Source of the DNA: Lama guanicoe
Lineage: Eukaryota
Assembly: GCA_013239625.1 (NCBI GenBank)
Contig: MU054925.1
Span: 3,977,934-4,041,933, forward strand
DNA length: 64,000 bases
Direction: 5' to 3'
Shown: piece by piece, positions 24,875 to 38,409 of the stretch
How positions within the stretch are numbered: position 1 is the first letter of the stretch
How the letters are laid out: each line of letters opens with the position of its first letter
The notes under the pieces: model-generated
What the model was told of the DNA's origin: nothing
The model's database searches: none
The model's input: the letters and a program-made list of their open reading frames with translations, nothing else
Made by a program: the position numbers and the translations under genes

Positions 24875-27800
24875 AGACCTTATTAAAATGTTAAGCGCCA
24901 GGAGTTAATTATGTGAGTATGTGAACATTATCGCTCACTAGCTGTGTGACCTTGGCAGGACACCCGGCTGCTTTGTGCCTCAGTTTATCCATTTGGAAAG
25001 TAGAGCTCATAATATTTGCCTTGGTACCCACTGTGGCACCCACCATGGTGGGTACCAAGGCACAGGGGGGATGCCCCACAGCTGTGCCCTGAGCACATGG
25101 CCACCACCTTGGGTGTCCTCACCTGTACCCTGTGTCTGCCGAGTCCTACCAGTGACCCTGGGTAACATCCCTGTCCTAGCTCCCCAAATATCGATGCAGA
25201 TTGAAGGCTGCCCTGGGCTAGGGGACAGAGGGCCTAGTGTGTATCAGGGGAGGGTGTCTGTGCTCTCTCGTTTGTTGCACCCAGTTGAATTCTTTGTTGA
25301 GGGAACAAGTGCAGTAGCAGCGTGGTAGCTTGAGTGAACCTCCTGTAGGAAGTACCCTGAGAATGCTCCTCAGAATTCAGGGGCTCCAGAAAGGGGAACA
25401 GTGCCTCCCACTCGCCCCTTTTGGATCTGACCCATGCCTAGACTGAAAGGGCCCGAGGCCAACAGAAATGGCCCTGCCCACCTGGCCTGTCCCCGGTTCA
25501 TCAGCAGGTCTCTGTGGGTGTCCAGCATGTGCCACTAGGTTGTGTGAAGCCCTTTTCGGGGATGGGTGGAGCATGAGGGAACTGTTGGGCTGTGCTGGCT
25601 TCTTGCTCCACACTGCCAGCCTGGCCTTCCTTCCCCAACACCTGGCCGGGAAGGGGTCACCATGCTCTGCCTGGCTGACATCTGTGGGACTGCATGGTCC
25701 ATCCTGGTGCCTAGACAGCCTGCCTCACATAAAAATGATGGTGTCTCTGAGGGCCACCAGTTTGGGGGCCAGGCTGATTGTGGAGTGTAGAATAGTGGCA
25801 CAGCCACTAGCCTGGACCCCAGCCTCTGTTCCCTCGTGGGTCCACTGGGGTGAATGACACCTGCCCTTCCTGCTTTGTAGGTTCATTGCAATGATAAAAT
25901 GATAGGAGTAGTTGTGAAGATACTTGTTCAAAACCCAAAAGTGTTAGGAAGACAAAATGGAATTATTTTAAATGTAGATTTTCCCCGTATTAATAAGGAA
26001 AATGAACTGTAAGACTTTACCACGTGCGTGAGGGTGTGAGTCGAGCCTCATGACACTCAAATTCGTGCCATGACAAAGGAGTAAAATGGTATTTTCCTAG
26101 ACCTCAGTACATGCATCCTCCAACCTCCAGAATCTCAGACTTGTGAATTATTTCACACAAAGTGGAATTCATATAAATCACCTATAAAATTGGCACTTAT
26201 AATATGTAAATTATGCTTGGTTATAAAATAACCTTATACTAATGGGAGAGCAGCAGGGCTGCTCACCAGGCTGCCGTGGGCTCTCTCCTGAGTTTATGAC
26301 CAGACATCTACCTGCTTAATCATCTCACAACATAAAGCACTTACAGCCTTCATCAAAGTACACTTACTTGAACATTCTGGAACCAGACCCTTATGTTAGT
26401 CAGAGGCAGCCTATAATGGAAGTGGAAAAACCATAAACAACAATTTCAGCAGGTCCCTCCGTGCTTCAACTGTTGTGCAGGTGGTAGGGTGAAGGCTTCG
26501 TTTCTGGGCACCAGGATGTGGCCAGGGTTTGTTCACCCAGCAGACAGCCCAGCTCTCTAATGCCTGACCCGCACGCTGGCTGCCGGGTGCTCGGTGACAG
26601 CACACGCCAGTTTCTGGGCTGCCTCGCCGTGTGCTGCGGGCTGGCACCCACTGCACCTTCTCCTCTGGTTCAGCCCTGCTCTTCATTGTCTCCGACATGT
26701 TCCCCTTCACCTTCCATCAGTCAGGAAAGCCACAGGTCTATAAAAGCCCACATGAAGTTTTTTAGGTAGCACTTGACATTGGAGTGTCCATACAATCCAG
26801 GCTTTCGTTGACATTCAGTCATACCAGTTAACTTCCTTGTACTGTTTTTCAGTGTGTAACCATTCTCCTGGTCAGATGAAGGCTGAGACCAAAGCTTCCT
26901 GAGCCCAAAGCAATGCCAGTTCAATGCCCTGGGCCAGTAGAAACCCCCTTGGGGGACCTTAGGTATTCCTGTGCTTGGCCTCAGCGCAGAGGGAATGCTC
27001 AAGGGCCCCTCTTGATTCGGTCCTTTGTCACATCTTTATTGGGCATCTACAAAAAGAAAGAAGAGACTGAGTGCCCCTACCCTCTGCTGACATAACTATC
27101 TGCAGGGAGTTAGTGGTTCTTCCACCCCACCTCCCGCACATCAGGTTCCCCAGGGAAGCAATGCACATCATTTTCCTTGGTGGCCTTGCCCCCCAAGCTC
27201 CTGCGTCAGCTGAGCATGAATATTCTTGGTCCATTGTTGGCTGTTTTTAGCTACCAAACGTCATCATTTTTTGCAATGTTTAACTTGCTGTGCTCTCTCT
27301 CCCAACCTCTGTTGATCTTTCTTTTCTGTTGCCTAATTGATTTTCATGTTGGTTTTATTTTTAGAAAATTGTAGCGGCAAGTATATATAAACATATATAC
27401 GGTGAAGTCGTTGTTAAAGCAAAAGCGCTCGAAAGACTGTATACTTGTCTTTGGCTTCCCCACCTTTGGTTTTCACTGAGTTTCACAGGAGTGCAGTGGG
27501 TTGTGGTCATCTAAATTGTTTGCTGTGCCCTATTTCATTATCTCCAGCCTGAGGCCTGAGCTGGGGCCATCTTGGTCTGTCACGCTTGGCTCTGTGACAT
27601 GCCAGAATAGTCTTCAAAAATGAATGATCTGGCCTGGAAATGAGAAATTGAGCTTGCGTTTGCATTCTTTGTGCAGACATTTTGGATGGCCCTTTCCGTT
27701 GTCCTGCTTGCACGCTCACCCAGCCCTCTCCATCTTGCTGCCCCGCTCCCACGCCCCACACCCTGCCACGGTCATGGTTTGATAGCTTTCGTGGACTTGT

Positions 27801-29129
27801 CTTCATCACAGTTGATCATAACTACACCAAGCTGCTAAAATGTCAGATGAGGAATGGCAGGCTCACTTTTTCCCCTTCTCCGATGCTTGTTTGTCCCTTG
27901 AATAGTGAAATGACCCAGCGTCGTAGTCACCCTAACCTAGGGAATGGCCATGGCTGACATTTAGTCTTTTCCGTTATCGTTATTGCCAGGGAGGCAAAAT
28001 GCTTGTTTAGAAGCCATGCCTGCCTTGTTATTACTTAAGAGCATGTAAAAAGTCAGTAGGAAGCTCACTCCCAGGGACCCAAGATTGGCCCCTGACTTGT
28101 CACGTACTCAGGTTAGACCAGGTGGCCAGTAGCTACACTCAGCCTCTTTTCTGAACCCCTGATCAGGTTATTCAGCCCTCCATTCCTTATGCTACCCTTT
28201 TCTAGGGACCAGATTGCTGGTTTGTGGACACAAACTCAGCAATCCCAAGTACAGAAGCCCTCCATTCCAGAGGTGTTACAAACCAGGTCAGAAGTAGTCA
28301 GAGGGGGCTCCTCCCAAAGATTCTCCAGGACGCCTCAGGGTAACTGGTTTGCTGGGATGCTGGTTTGCTTCTTGTCTGAAATGGAAGACTGCATCATTTC
28401 AGCTTTTCCAGAAAAACATGGGAATGAATGCAGAAGGTGCAGACCCATCCCTTTGATGGCACTTGGGAAACTCAGGGCTGGTTTGGCTCCATGGTTGTGG
28501 GGGGCTGGCCCAAAGCCTACATTGCTAGAACCTGCTTGGGAGCCCTGTGGGGAGGAGCTTTGCAGACCCTGGCATATAGTTTGGCTTCCTGAGGCTGAAG
28601 GCCCATTTCCCTGTAGGGTTTCTAGATGAAGGATGTGGCATCTCAGGAAGGAGTTACCAAGGTCATCTAGTCCAGGCCCTGGGATGACACTGGAAATCCC
28701 TCTATTGAAAAGCAATCACTCAGCCCCTAGCGCTGTCTTTGGAAAGGCCCCTGGGGAGTGAGTTCTTCCCCAGCTTCCCGGGCTCTACAGGTGTCCTGTG
28801 ATCCATCCTGGGAGTCTGGCAGGACGTCAGCTTGCTGATGGTCCATTCCCACCCTCCAGCAGCTCCCTGCATTTCCAAGCCTCCTCCATCCCTTGTAGGG
28901 AAGGCAGAGAGGGCATCTTCTCTCTCTGTACCCTTCTGAGTACTGAACCCTTATCAACCCCAAGAGAACCCTTTGCTGAGCTGTAACAGCCTGAGTGAGC
29001 TTTTCTTGTGCTCCCGCTCTGTGTGGTCACTCCAGACCTCCAGGGAATGTGTTGGTGTGGGTGACCAGCTGAAGACATGGCCCAGCTTTACCCTGGCCAA
29101 GGGCCACCATCCTCAGCTCTGGCTGTAGG

Positions 29130-29270
29130 TTGGTATCACCTGGGAGCTTTTAAAATTCCCAAACTCGGGCACATCCCAGATAATTCCATAAAAATCCTTG
29201 GGGTGGGACCTCGGCACCAGAGTTTGTTAAAGGTTCCCAGGCAGTCCCAGCGGGCAGCCCGGGGTGGGAG
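29130..29270. mobile_element. MER5-like hAT relic
   Basis: atcacctgggagcttttaaaattccc...ggggtgggacc...ttaaaggttcccagg; approximate. Confidence 0.55.
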
Positions 29271-31280
29271 CTGGCCTGCCCTTCTCCTCAAGCTGGCGTT
29301 TGTAGTTTAGGCAAAGCCATCCTCAGGGTCCCTCAGTGTGTAAGATATTTTGGCAACTTGCACTTTCCCCTAGTGCTACCCGTGACATCCTGCCCTGCGC
29401 AGTCCTCCCTGCCCAACATGGCATAGGGGGAGGGAGGTGTCACAGGCTGCACTGGGGGTGCACGCAGCCTGGTGTGCCGTTTGCTCTGCCCTTCCTTTCT
29501 TGCATGTTGTGCTGCCTTGCCCCTCCACAAATGCTGTCTCTTCCTCTTTTTTTTTTTTAAACTAAAGACTACCCATGGTTTCACCTTCATAGCCCAAGAT
29601 TTGTCATGCTTCAAAGATATCAGTTGAAAAGGAGATGTGCGCTTCAAAAGTCAATTTGGCTGCTGACTTCCCCGTATAAGAGGGGCATAGCAGGCCCATC
29701 AGACTTGGGGTAGGCTGGGGAGGGGCAAGCAAGAGAAGCCGTGGCCTGGAAGTGTCTTCCTCAACCATACAGCCTCCTTATTCTCTTGCAGGTCCAAAGT
29801 ACAAGTTATGGACATTGCAAAAGTATACTGTAGAGTGTCTGTCTTATGCACACTCTGGTCCCCTTGAGCATAGGCAAGCATACAAACACACCCCCCACAC
29901 ACTCCAGCTGCATGGGCGAGACTGGAGCCTCCTGCACACAGCCCGTAGGGAGATGGTGTGGGAGAGATTGAGAACTTTGGGAAATAAATTCCTTCACTTG
30001 ATAAAGTCATTGAATTAAAAACCATCATCTGTCCCTTTAAGAAGATGAGATAATAGAGGGAATATAAAAAGAGTGACTGGGCTTTGACCAACCTATTGGA
30101 GAGTTCACATTCTGAGCATCCCAGGTGAAGCAGAAACCTCTTTAGCCCCAGCAGAACCTGTTAGTCCAGGGTTCATAGTCTTGTTGAATTTTAGTTGTGA
30201 TGTGATGTGCTCAAACTCCTTATATTTTTTGAATTTTATAGAGTTTTATGTTTGGTCTCAGGAGGCAGCCGTTGATGAGAGTGGGACTTTAGAACGGAGT
30301 TTTTCCTTTCCCTGTATCTCCAGGGAGGAGAGCCCGTTAGATGAGGGTGTGTGACCATGCGTGCACACACATCCCTTAGCTGTGCAGACACCATGCAGAG
30401 AGGCTCCCTAGAGCCCTGGAGAGTACTCAGCCATCCAGGCCCCCAACCAGAAGAGCCTCCTTCCTTTGCTGGCTGCCAGGTAGACAAGCTGCTTCAGCTG
30501 AGGTGACCCCCCCCCCACCTTGAAGGGAAAAGAATGGCTGTCATTTCCCAGCTCTTGTTCAGTCTCTACTGTTTAAAGATGCCTCCTGATATTTGTGAGT
30601 TTGCTTACAATCTCTGCATTCTCATAAACACTTATTGAACCTCTAGTAAGTTCCAGACACCATGGTGGGCACTGAGTGGAGTGAGGCAAGGTCCCTGCCC
30701 TCAGGGGGCTCACAGGCTGAGCGGGGAGGCAGATGAGCACAGGGTGACAGTGCAGGGATTCTGCACCCTGGGGCCCAAGTGGCAGGAGCCCAGCCAGACC
30801 TGGGGTGAAGCAGCACTGCTGAAGTTCAGGGCAAGCTGCTGCTAAGTTGTTTCTTCCCAAGAGCCACACAGAGCTAAGCTTTCTGGGTTGGGCAGTGAAG
30901 GCTTCTGGAGGGAAACCAGCCCCTCTCCTGCAGTGCCCGGCTCCTTGGCTGCCGCACCAGAGAGGGCCCCACTGGACACGTGCTGCCTAGGTGTGCGGCT
31001 CCGGGAACAGAGTAGGGTCCAGGAGGCCTGTGGACCACAGGGAGCTCCCACCCTGTTTGCCTTGTTTAGTAGAGCCTTTCTGTTCCTCAGGGTTAGGGAT
31101 GGCCTGCCGCAGAGTGGTTAGTTCCTCAGACCCACAACCCTGACAAAGAAAAGAGAACCAGTCTCCCCCCAGAAGCAGAGTCCTCCTCTGCATTTTCGGG
31201 CTCAGAACACTGAGGTCTTGCAGCATTACCTTTTACTGGACGTCTGTCAGCCTTGGAACATTACGTCCTGGGTGTGAGTT

Positions 31281-31357
31281 AGAAAGCAGCGTGTCCGAAA
31301 GAAAAATACGAAAAAAAAAAAAAAAAAAAAAAAAACACAAGAAAGCAGCGTGTCCGA
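31281..31357 (+). mobile_element. orphan poly(A) retro-insertion with 18-bp TSD
   Basis: agaaagcagcgtgtccga at 31281-31298 and 31340-31357 flanks a 41-nt A-rich insert; tt|agaaa endonuclease-type site. Confidence 0.85.
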
Positions 31358-31546
31358 GCCTGTGTCAGCACTGCCCGCCCTCAAGTCAGTTCCAGGCAGT
31401 GCCGCTGGCGTTTCCTCAGGAAGGCAGCAAATGTATTACCCGAAGACATTCACCACAAATTTTTAAAAAGAGGGAGGGGCCGTCCTCCTGACCACCTGCT
31501 TCCTTCCCAGTTCATTAATACATTTTCAATCTTTGATTTCTTAAAG

Positions 31547-31591
31547 CCAACTGAAAGTGAAAGTGTCCCTGTCCCAACTGCTACACCTGGG
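31547..31591 (+). CDS. CACNA1D: alternative exon 32 (IVS3-S4 linker) PTESESVPVPTATPG
   Basis: ttcttaaag|CCA...GGG|gtaaga; 45 nt; TGCATG downstream at 31792-31797. Confidence 0.93.
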
Positions 31592-31912
31592 GTAAGATCA
31601 GTGACTAGTCCCCGGGGCCTGGGCCTTTTCCTTGAGTTTATTTGACCATGCCGAGTTTTCCACTAGTTGTTCTGTATTCTCCATGATTGTCCTTCCAGAG
31701 CAGTGTCTGCAGTGGTTTGCGTTCATCATCAGTGTCCAGTACTCTTGACCAGCCCAGCGTCCCCCTCTTAACACACTAGACCATGTGGACATGCATGTGC
31801 TGTGTGGACGCGGTTTTCCAAGCCCTGTGTTGTTAGCATGTAACTGTTCCTTTCATATCATGCTTCTTAAGGTGAAAAGGCCCTAGAAACACATCTTTAA
31901 TTCTTACCTCTG

Positions 31913-32131
31913 NNNNNNNNNNNNNNNNNNNNNNNNNNNNNNNNNNNNNNNNNNNNNNNNNNNNNNNNNNNNNNNNNNNNNNNNNNNNNNNNNNNNNNNN
32001 NNNNNNNNNNNNNNNNNNNNNNNNNNNNNNNNNNNNNNNNNNNNNNNNNNNNNNNNNNNNNNNNNNNNNNNNNNNNNNNNNNNNNNNNNNNNNNNNNNNN
32101 NNNNNNNNNNNNNNNNNNNNNNNNCTTCCAG
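31913..32131 (+). CDS. CACNA1D: exon 33 (IVS4), mostly in gap; last 7 nt visible
   Basis: Right flank C TTC CAG|gtaagc gives the ...SFQ end of exon 33; left flank is pyrimidine-rich; true start unknown. Confidence 0.85.
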
Positions 32132-34479
32132 GTAAGCGCCGTGCCCGCGACTTCTTTGTCTTTGAAGAATATGTGTGAGTCGGCGGTTGTCCTCTAGCGT
32201 GGAGGGTCCAGACTCCCTTCTGGGTGACCACCTGGGTCTGTAGAGAACATGGGATGCTGAGGAGACCCGGCCCAGCGTTGCTCGGGTAAACCCAACAGGA
32301 TTACTTGCTTAAAGGAAGCAGAGGAGAAAGCAGTAAGGACCAGTGGCTGAGAGATGGGCAGCATTTCCCAGGCTGACTGAGATGCGGGGCTCCCCACCCC
32401 TCCACCCTCCTCAGGATGCCCCGTGTGAATGGTGATGTCTGAGCGTGTGAGGGTCCTGGCCAACCTCTGGAAGCCAGACAGCTTCTCCCCTTAAGTCTGC
32501 CACAGTCTTTGTTGTCCTCTGTTGGCCAACCTAGATACGAATCAGAGACCACTCGACTGGGGCCGGCACGCCATCCCCAGTCACGAGTTGTCCAGTGCCT
32601 GGGAGGGTTACAGAGTGGAGGACATCTGGGTATGAAGTAGGTCGTCTTTGTCATCTGGGACTCTCCAGGCTGGTGCATCCTAGTTCCAGGCTGTTCCCCA
32701 GCAGAACCCAGCTTCTCCTGTGCCTCCCAGCACGCACCCTGGATGTTCTAGCCTCCTGGACTTACACCACTGGGGAGGGGCACAGATTCTTGTTACTAGG
32801 CGCACCAGGTGGGGAGTTTGAAGGTGTGCATAAACAGCAGAAAGTGAGTCGCTGATCTTTGTTTCTTCATCATTTGACTGTTCTTAATTCAAAGGTAGTA
32901 CCTGCTCACACTAACAAATGAGGTTACCCAAGGATACACAAAGCACAAGTTCCACCCCCACCCCCACTCCCACCGCCTCTGAGATAACTGGTGTTACTAT
33001 CCCAGGAAACATTTTTCCACAATGGGTGGGTGAGGTGGTAACAGGTAAAGAGAAGAAGGGATGACATCTAGGGAAGGAGGTAGATTCAAAAACTGAAAGA
33101 TGGAAAATCACAAGTCCTTTTGGGGAAAATGAGGTTGTAGGAGGAACGGGAATGCAGCTCTGAGAGAGGCAAGGGCAGAGCAGGGCCTCAAGCAGGTGAG
33201 CCTTGGTCCTGGAAATGGATAAAATCCTAGATGGTTGCTATAAATACAAAGTACCACAGTTTGTGGACAAACTTCCATAAAAATAGAATGAATTCATGTA
33301 ATAATGTCATTCTTACTTTTTAAAAGAAACAGTTCAACTTTTTTTTTTAAGATTTGATTATTGCAGATAAATTCGTGTCTCAGAGTAGCAGTTGATAAAA
33401 ATTGAGAAACGGTGCCACTAAGTTTTTAAACATTCACTAATCTAGGAGAAAATGCATATAGATATAGTGAGGATAGCCTGGAACCAAGGCTGTGGGACCC
33501 TGTTAGCCAGTCCAGCTGTGAGGATGGGGCCGCTGCACTAGCCCAGCTGGCAGTCACAAATCCAGAGCTGGCACAGTCAGAAAGATTTTTAGCCATTGGC
33601 TTTCAGGTGACTTTTCTCAGCGGAGAAAGTGGAGGCTTTACGCATGTGTGCTTGGCATTAAGTTTAACAATCTGGGCGCTCCCTGGAGGCCTGCCACGCA
33701 CACGGACACCTTCTGTCACCTGCGGTGAGGTAGAAAAGCAGTTGAGGAACCTTGGATTAAGGAACCAGGGGTCTGACCCGACGTGTGCTGGTATTTGATG
33801 TTCCTAAGGGGAGCCCAGGCTTGGTGACTGCTCAGCCAGCTCCTTTTCTTTCCTGGACCAGCCGCCAGCTCTGCTCTTCTTTCAAAAAGTGTACATTTTA
33901 AGAAAGGTGCCTTGCCTTCAACAGCCACAGCCAGAAAGTGGTTCTTCCACTCTGACCCAGTGATTCCACTCCTAAGGCTTCACGCTAAAGAAGTACTTCA
34001 GCAGATGCCAGGTGATTTTGCATAAAGATGTTCCTTTGTAAAGTAGCCCCTTGATCCAACCCCAAACACCCCCACAATAGAAAGTGGAAGCCATCTAATT
34101 ATCCAGCATTTTGGAATTGTTTCATCAATTACAGTAATTTCACAAAGGAATCCAGCGGTGAATTTAAGCATTACCCTGCAAGGGAATTGTCACTGTTTGA
34201 CACTGTTCAGGATTAGGATATGCTGTTAACAACTATGTAAAGCACGTCCCACCTGCAGCTTCGTAACGCAAGTGTGCACGGGCTGCTGTACTCAGGGCTG
34301 AAGTCATCCTGCTGGGCTGGGGTTTAAAAAGCCCTTCCACACCATTGACATCCTTTCAATATAACACAGAAAAGAATACTGTGTGTGCCCCACGTGGGTC
34401 TGCAGTCTGTCCCCGAGCAGTTGCTGTCAGGGCTAGGGGCAGGAGGCCCGCATAGAGCCAGGTGCTTCCTTTCTTCCAG

Positions 34480-34545
34480 GCGCTCCCCTATGTCGCCCTT
34501 CTCATAGCCATGCTGTTCTTCATCTACGCGGTTATCGGCATGCAG
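34480..34545 (+). CDS. CACNA1D: exon 34 (IVS5) [22 protein letters not shown]
   Basis: ttcttccag|GCG...CAG|gtaagc; 66 nt. Confidence 0.96.
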
Positions 34546-35499
34546 GTAAGCTCCAGCCCCTCTGTCTCTGAATCCCCTTTGCTGGGTTGCCCCATATCTG
34601 TGGCAAGATGTCCCTTGGGCAGGTGGGCTGGAAGACAGGTCATGATTTTTCAGCCAGCAGCGATGAGAAAGATGTAGTCCAGAGAGCCGGGCCCAGAAGG
34701 ACATGGGGAGGTTGGAATATGTCAGGGGAAGCTAACCTGGGGACCCTCCCCATTCCCAGTCTGCATCTCAGGAGAGCCAGTCAACTGAGAAGACCCATTA
34801 TTGATTGTTGCAACAGCAAATGCCATACTGAAAGAAGCCCTCATTGCCTATTTTCTGCACCCATGTTGCTTAGAAAGTAGTGAGTGAGACAAAAGTCTGT
34901 TTATCATCTGAAAACATTACAAATGATTTCCAGATGCTGGCTGCTGAACTCAACTCAGCAGCACCCCTCTAAAAAGAAGCGTGAAACCAGGCCCTTCTGT
35001 GGCCTGGGCCTGGGGGCTAAGGGGGTGCAGGATGCTTTCCAGCCCGTCCTGGGGTGAGGAAGGGAATTAGGACTTCACTCACAGCTAAACCCTGCACACA
35101 GTGGGTGGGTAGGGGGCAGAGCCTCCCGGAGGAGAGGGTGGTGGAGCAGCTGGTGGCGCTGGACCTCCCGAGGCCTCTTTGCTACATTCTCTGCTGGGCA
35201 AGGTGCAGCCTTTCAGATAAGGGAGGTTGTGAGTGACAAATAGGTGAAGCATCCCCACAGCAGAGAAATGGTGGTGTGTGCCTTTTTATTCTGAAGACAG
35301 AGAAGTATTTGCAAGTCATTAGGAATCTTACCAGGAGTTTGGAACGAAGAGTTAGCATGCTTGAGTCCCTCCCTGTAATTCAGCAGTAGGGGATGCCCTG
35401 AAGGGTCTTTGATGCCTTAATGTCCTCTTACAAAACTAGAGTTGTCTCAGAGAACCCCAGACTCCTCACACATGCCACTGCGGGTTTACTCTTTGCTAG

Positions 35500-36033
35500 G
35501 CATCACGCCCTTCTAAAATGTCAGTCTGTTTCTGTAATTCCCACAAGTGAAGTATTTACTACCTTCCCCTGGCCCTTAGGGCAAAGCCCATCCTCCTTCC
35601 CGTAGCCCAGCGGCCCCCCAGGCTTGTCGGCGGCCTGGTCTTTGGTCTGTCCATCTGTCACACTCATGGTCTTTTCATTTCCTGGAGCACCTGTGCCTAG
35701 TGGCCTCTGTGCCTTTGCAGGCAGTGCTCCCTCTGCCTGCAGCACTCTTCACCTCCTTGTCACCTGACTGGCTTCTCCTTATCCTTCAGTTCTGAGCCTT
35801 CACCTCATTTCCCCTGGAGGCCCACCCTGCCCCCAGCCCCGATCTGTGAGCCTGGCTGTGCCTCCCTGTCGGGCTGGACTAGCCCAGCTCTCATCGGAAG
35901 GGGCTGCCTGTCTGGTTACTTCTGCACCCCTTCTCCCAGGTGGGGACTCCTTGAATGGAGGATATGCCTGACCTCAGCGCCATGTGCCCAGTGGTCAGTA
36001 TGGTGCCTGGCCCAGTTCTGTTGAATGAATAAA
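35500..36033 (+). mobile_element. L2 LINE 3' relic
   Basis: gcctttgcaggcagtgctccctctgcctgcagcactctt...tccttcagttctgagc...gtgcctggccca...tgttgaatgaataaa; approximate. Confidence 0.55.
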
Positions 36034-36163
36034 GCGCCAGGCACTCCGAGCTGGCCCTCGTGGGTACTGACCAAACTTGAGTTCTAGATTCATGTACAGA
36101 GTTTTGGAGAGTTTTTTGCATGACAAAAGCTTTTCTTTTTACCCTAATACTTTCTCTCTATAG

Positions 36164-36256
<93 letters not shown>

Positions 36257-37113
36257 TGACTGAGTCCAGCCCAGAGCAAGCCTGTCTCCCTCTGGGCTCC
36301 CAAGTGACAGGAACACGTGTTACTCCAGCAGCTGGTCATGGTGGCTTTTTGTATTTGTTTGTTTTGTATTCTCAAACAGACACACGATCATTTTAGTCAC
36401 AGGGGAATTTTGCTGGATTGTGGTCATTCCAATTGTGATGGGCTTAATTAAGGTTTTCCACTTGGGAGTGAGAAGGTCTAGGGAGGCCACCGGGAGGGTA
36501 CAGGATCTGTGCTTACGCGTGGGAGCGAGTGCCTGAACGCAACCAGGAGAAGCGGACATTTAGCAGGAACATAGGGGCCTTTTCAGAGCCAACATGGAAC
36601 ATCCTGAGGTGTGCAATTTCAAGTTTTATGGGATTGTTTTAACTCCATTTAATAACTGCAAACAAAGGGCCATAAAGTGAGAGAACTTTCTAGAAATCAT
36701 ACAAGTAATTCCTAACAACTCTAGTGAGTGGAGAGCAAGTCATCTGTGAGTTAAATGGTTTCTAATTCTTTGCTTTTAACAGAATTGGACGGGGATCTTA
36801 TGAAGTTGTTCAGATGTTAGGTCATTAAAAATAATTAATAATCGTTTAAAAATTATAATATGTGTTTAAAGGAGAGAAGACACCAAAACAAACATCCCCT
36901 TATACAAAAAGAATTGATGTTCTTGTCTCAGATGGTTAAGGTCAATCAGAGGGAGTTGCAGCAGGGCCTGCACTCACTGACAGAAGCTGCATTTGAAAAC
37001 CAGTAGGAATTTCAGTTTATGAACTCTCACTAATTCAAACTGGCTTTTTCCCCAAATTACTTATGTTTTGCTCTAAATTAAAAAAAAAATTTTTTTTCCT
37101 TAAGATTTCTTAA

Positions 37114-37482
<369 letters not shown>

Positions 37483-37730
37483 TGAGGCCTGTTTTACTAG
37501 CACCTTTGTTGTGAGCAGAGGTTGGATGCTAACTAACAGGCTTCACCACCCCAGCTTGTTAGGGCTGCTGGTTCCTTTATAAAAATGTCAAAGCTGCTGC
37601 ACATAGCAGTGACTTGAGTGTGAGCTATTTGGTGCCAAATTATAAAACTGCAGTGTGCTTCGAAAGGTCAGATAATACATTCCTCCTGTCCTCCTGTGAA
37701 ACTATATGCTATAAAGCTATTTTGGAAAGC

Positions 37731-37781
37731 TAGAAGCCTACCTTTTTCTTAAGTTTTAGAAGCCTACCTTTTTCTTAAGTT
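37731..37781 (+). repeat. 26-bp tandem duplication
   Basis: tagaagcctacctttttcttaagtt(t) x2. Confidence 0.9.
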
Positions 37782-37864
37782 CTCCAGAAGGGAAGTTTTT
37801 ACAGCCTCTCGGAGAAGTGGGTCCAAATGTTTTGTGACCGTTATAATTAGGAAGCACTTTCTAG

Positions 37865-38050
<186 letters not shown>

Positions 38051-38121
38051 TAGGTTGTGTGGCTTGTGTGGGCTGTCTCTGGATATTGCCTGTGCATTTT
38101 GTGGAAAGTGGGATGGACTGA

Positions 38122-38409
<288 letters not shown>

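Noticed and set aside
27862-27910. Strong-looking acceptor ...gtcccttgaatag
   Set aside because: Followed immediately by TGA with no credible donor nearby.
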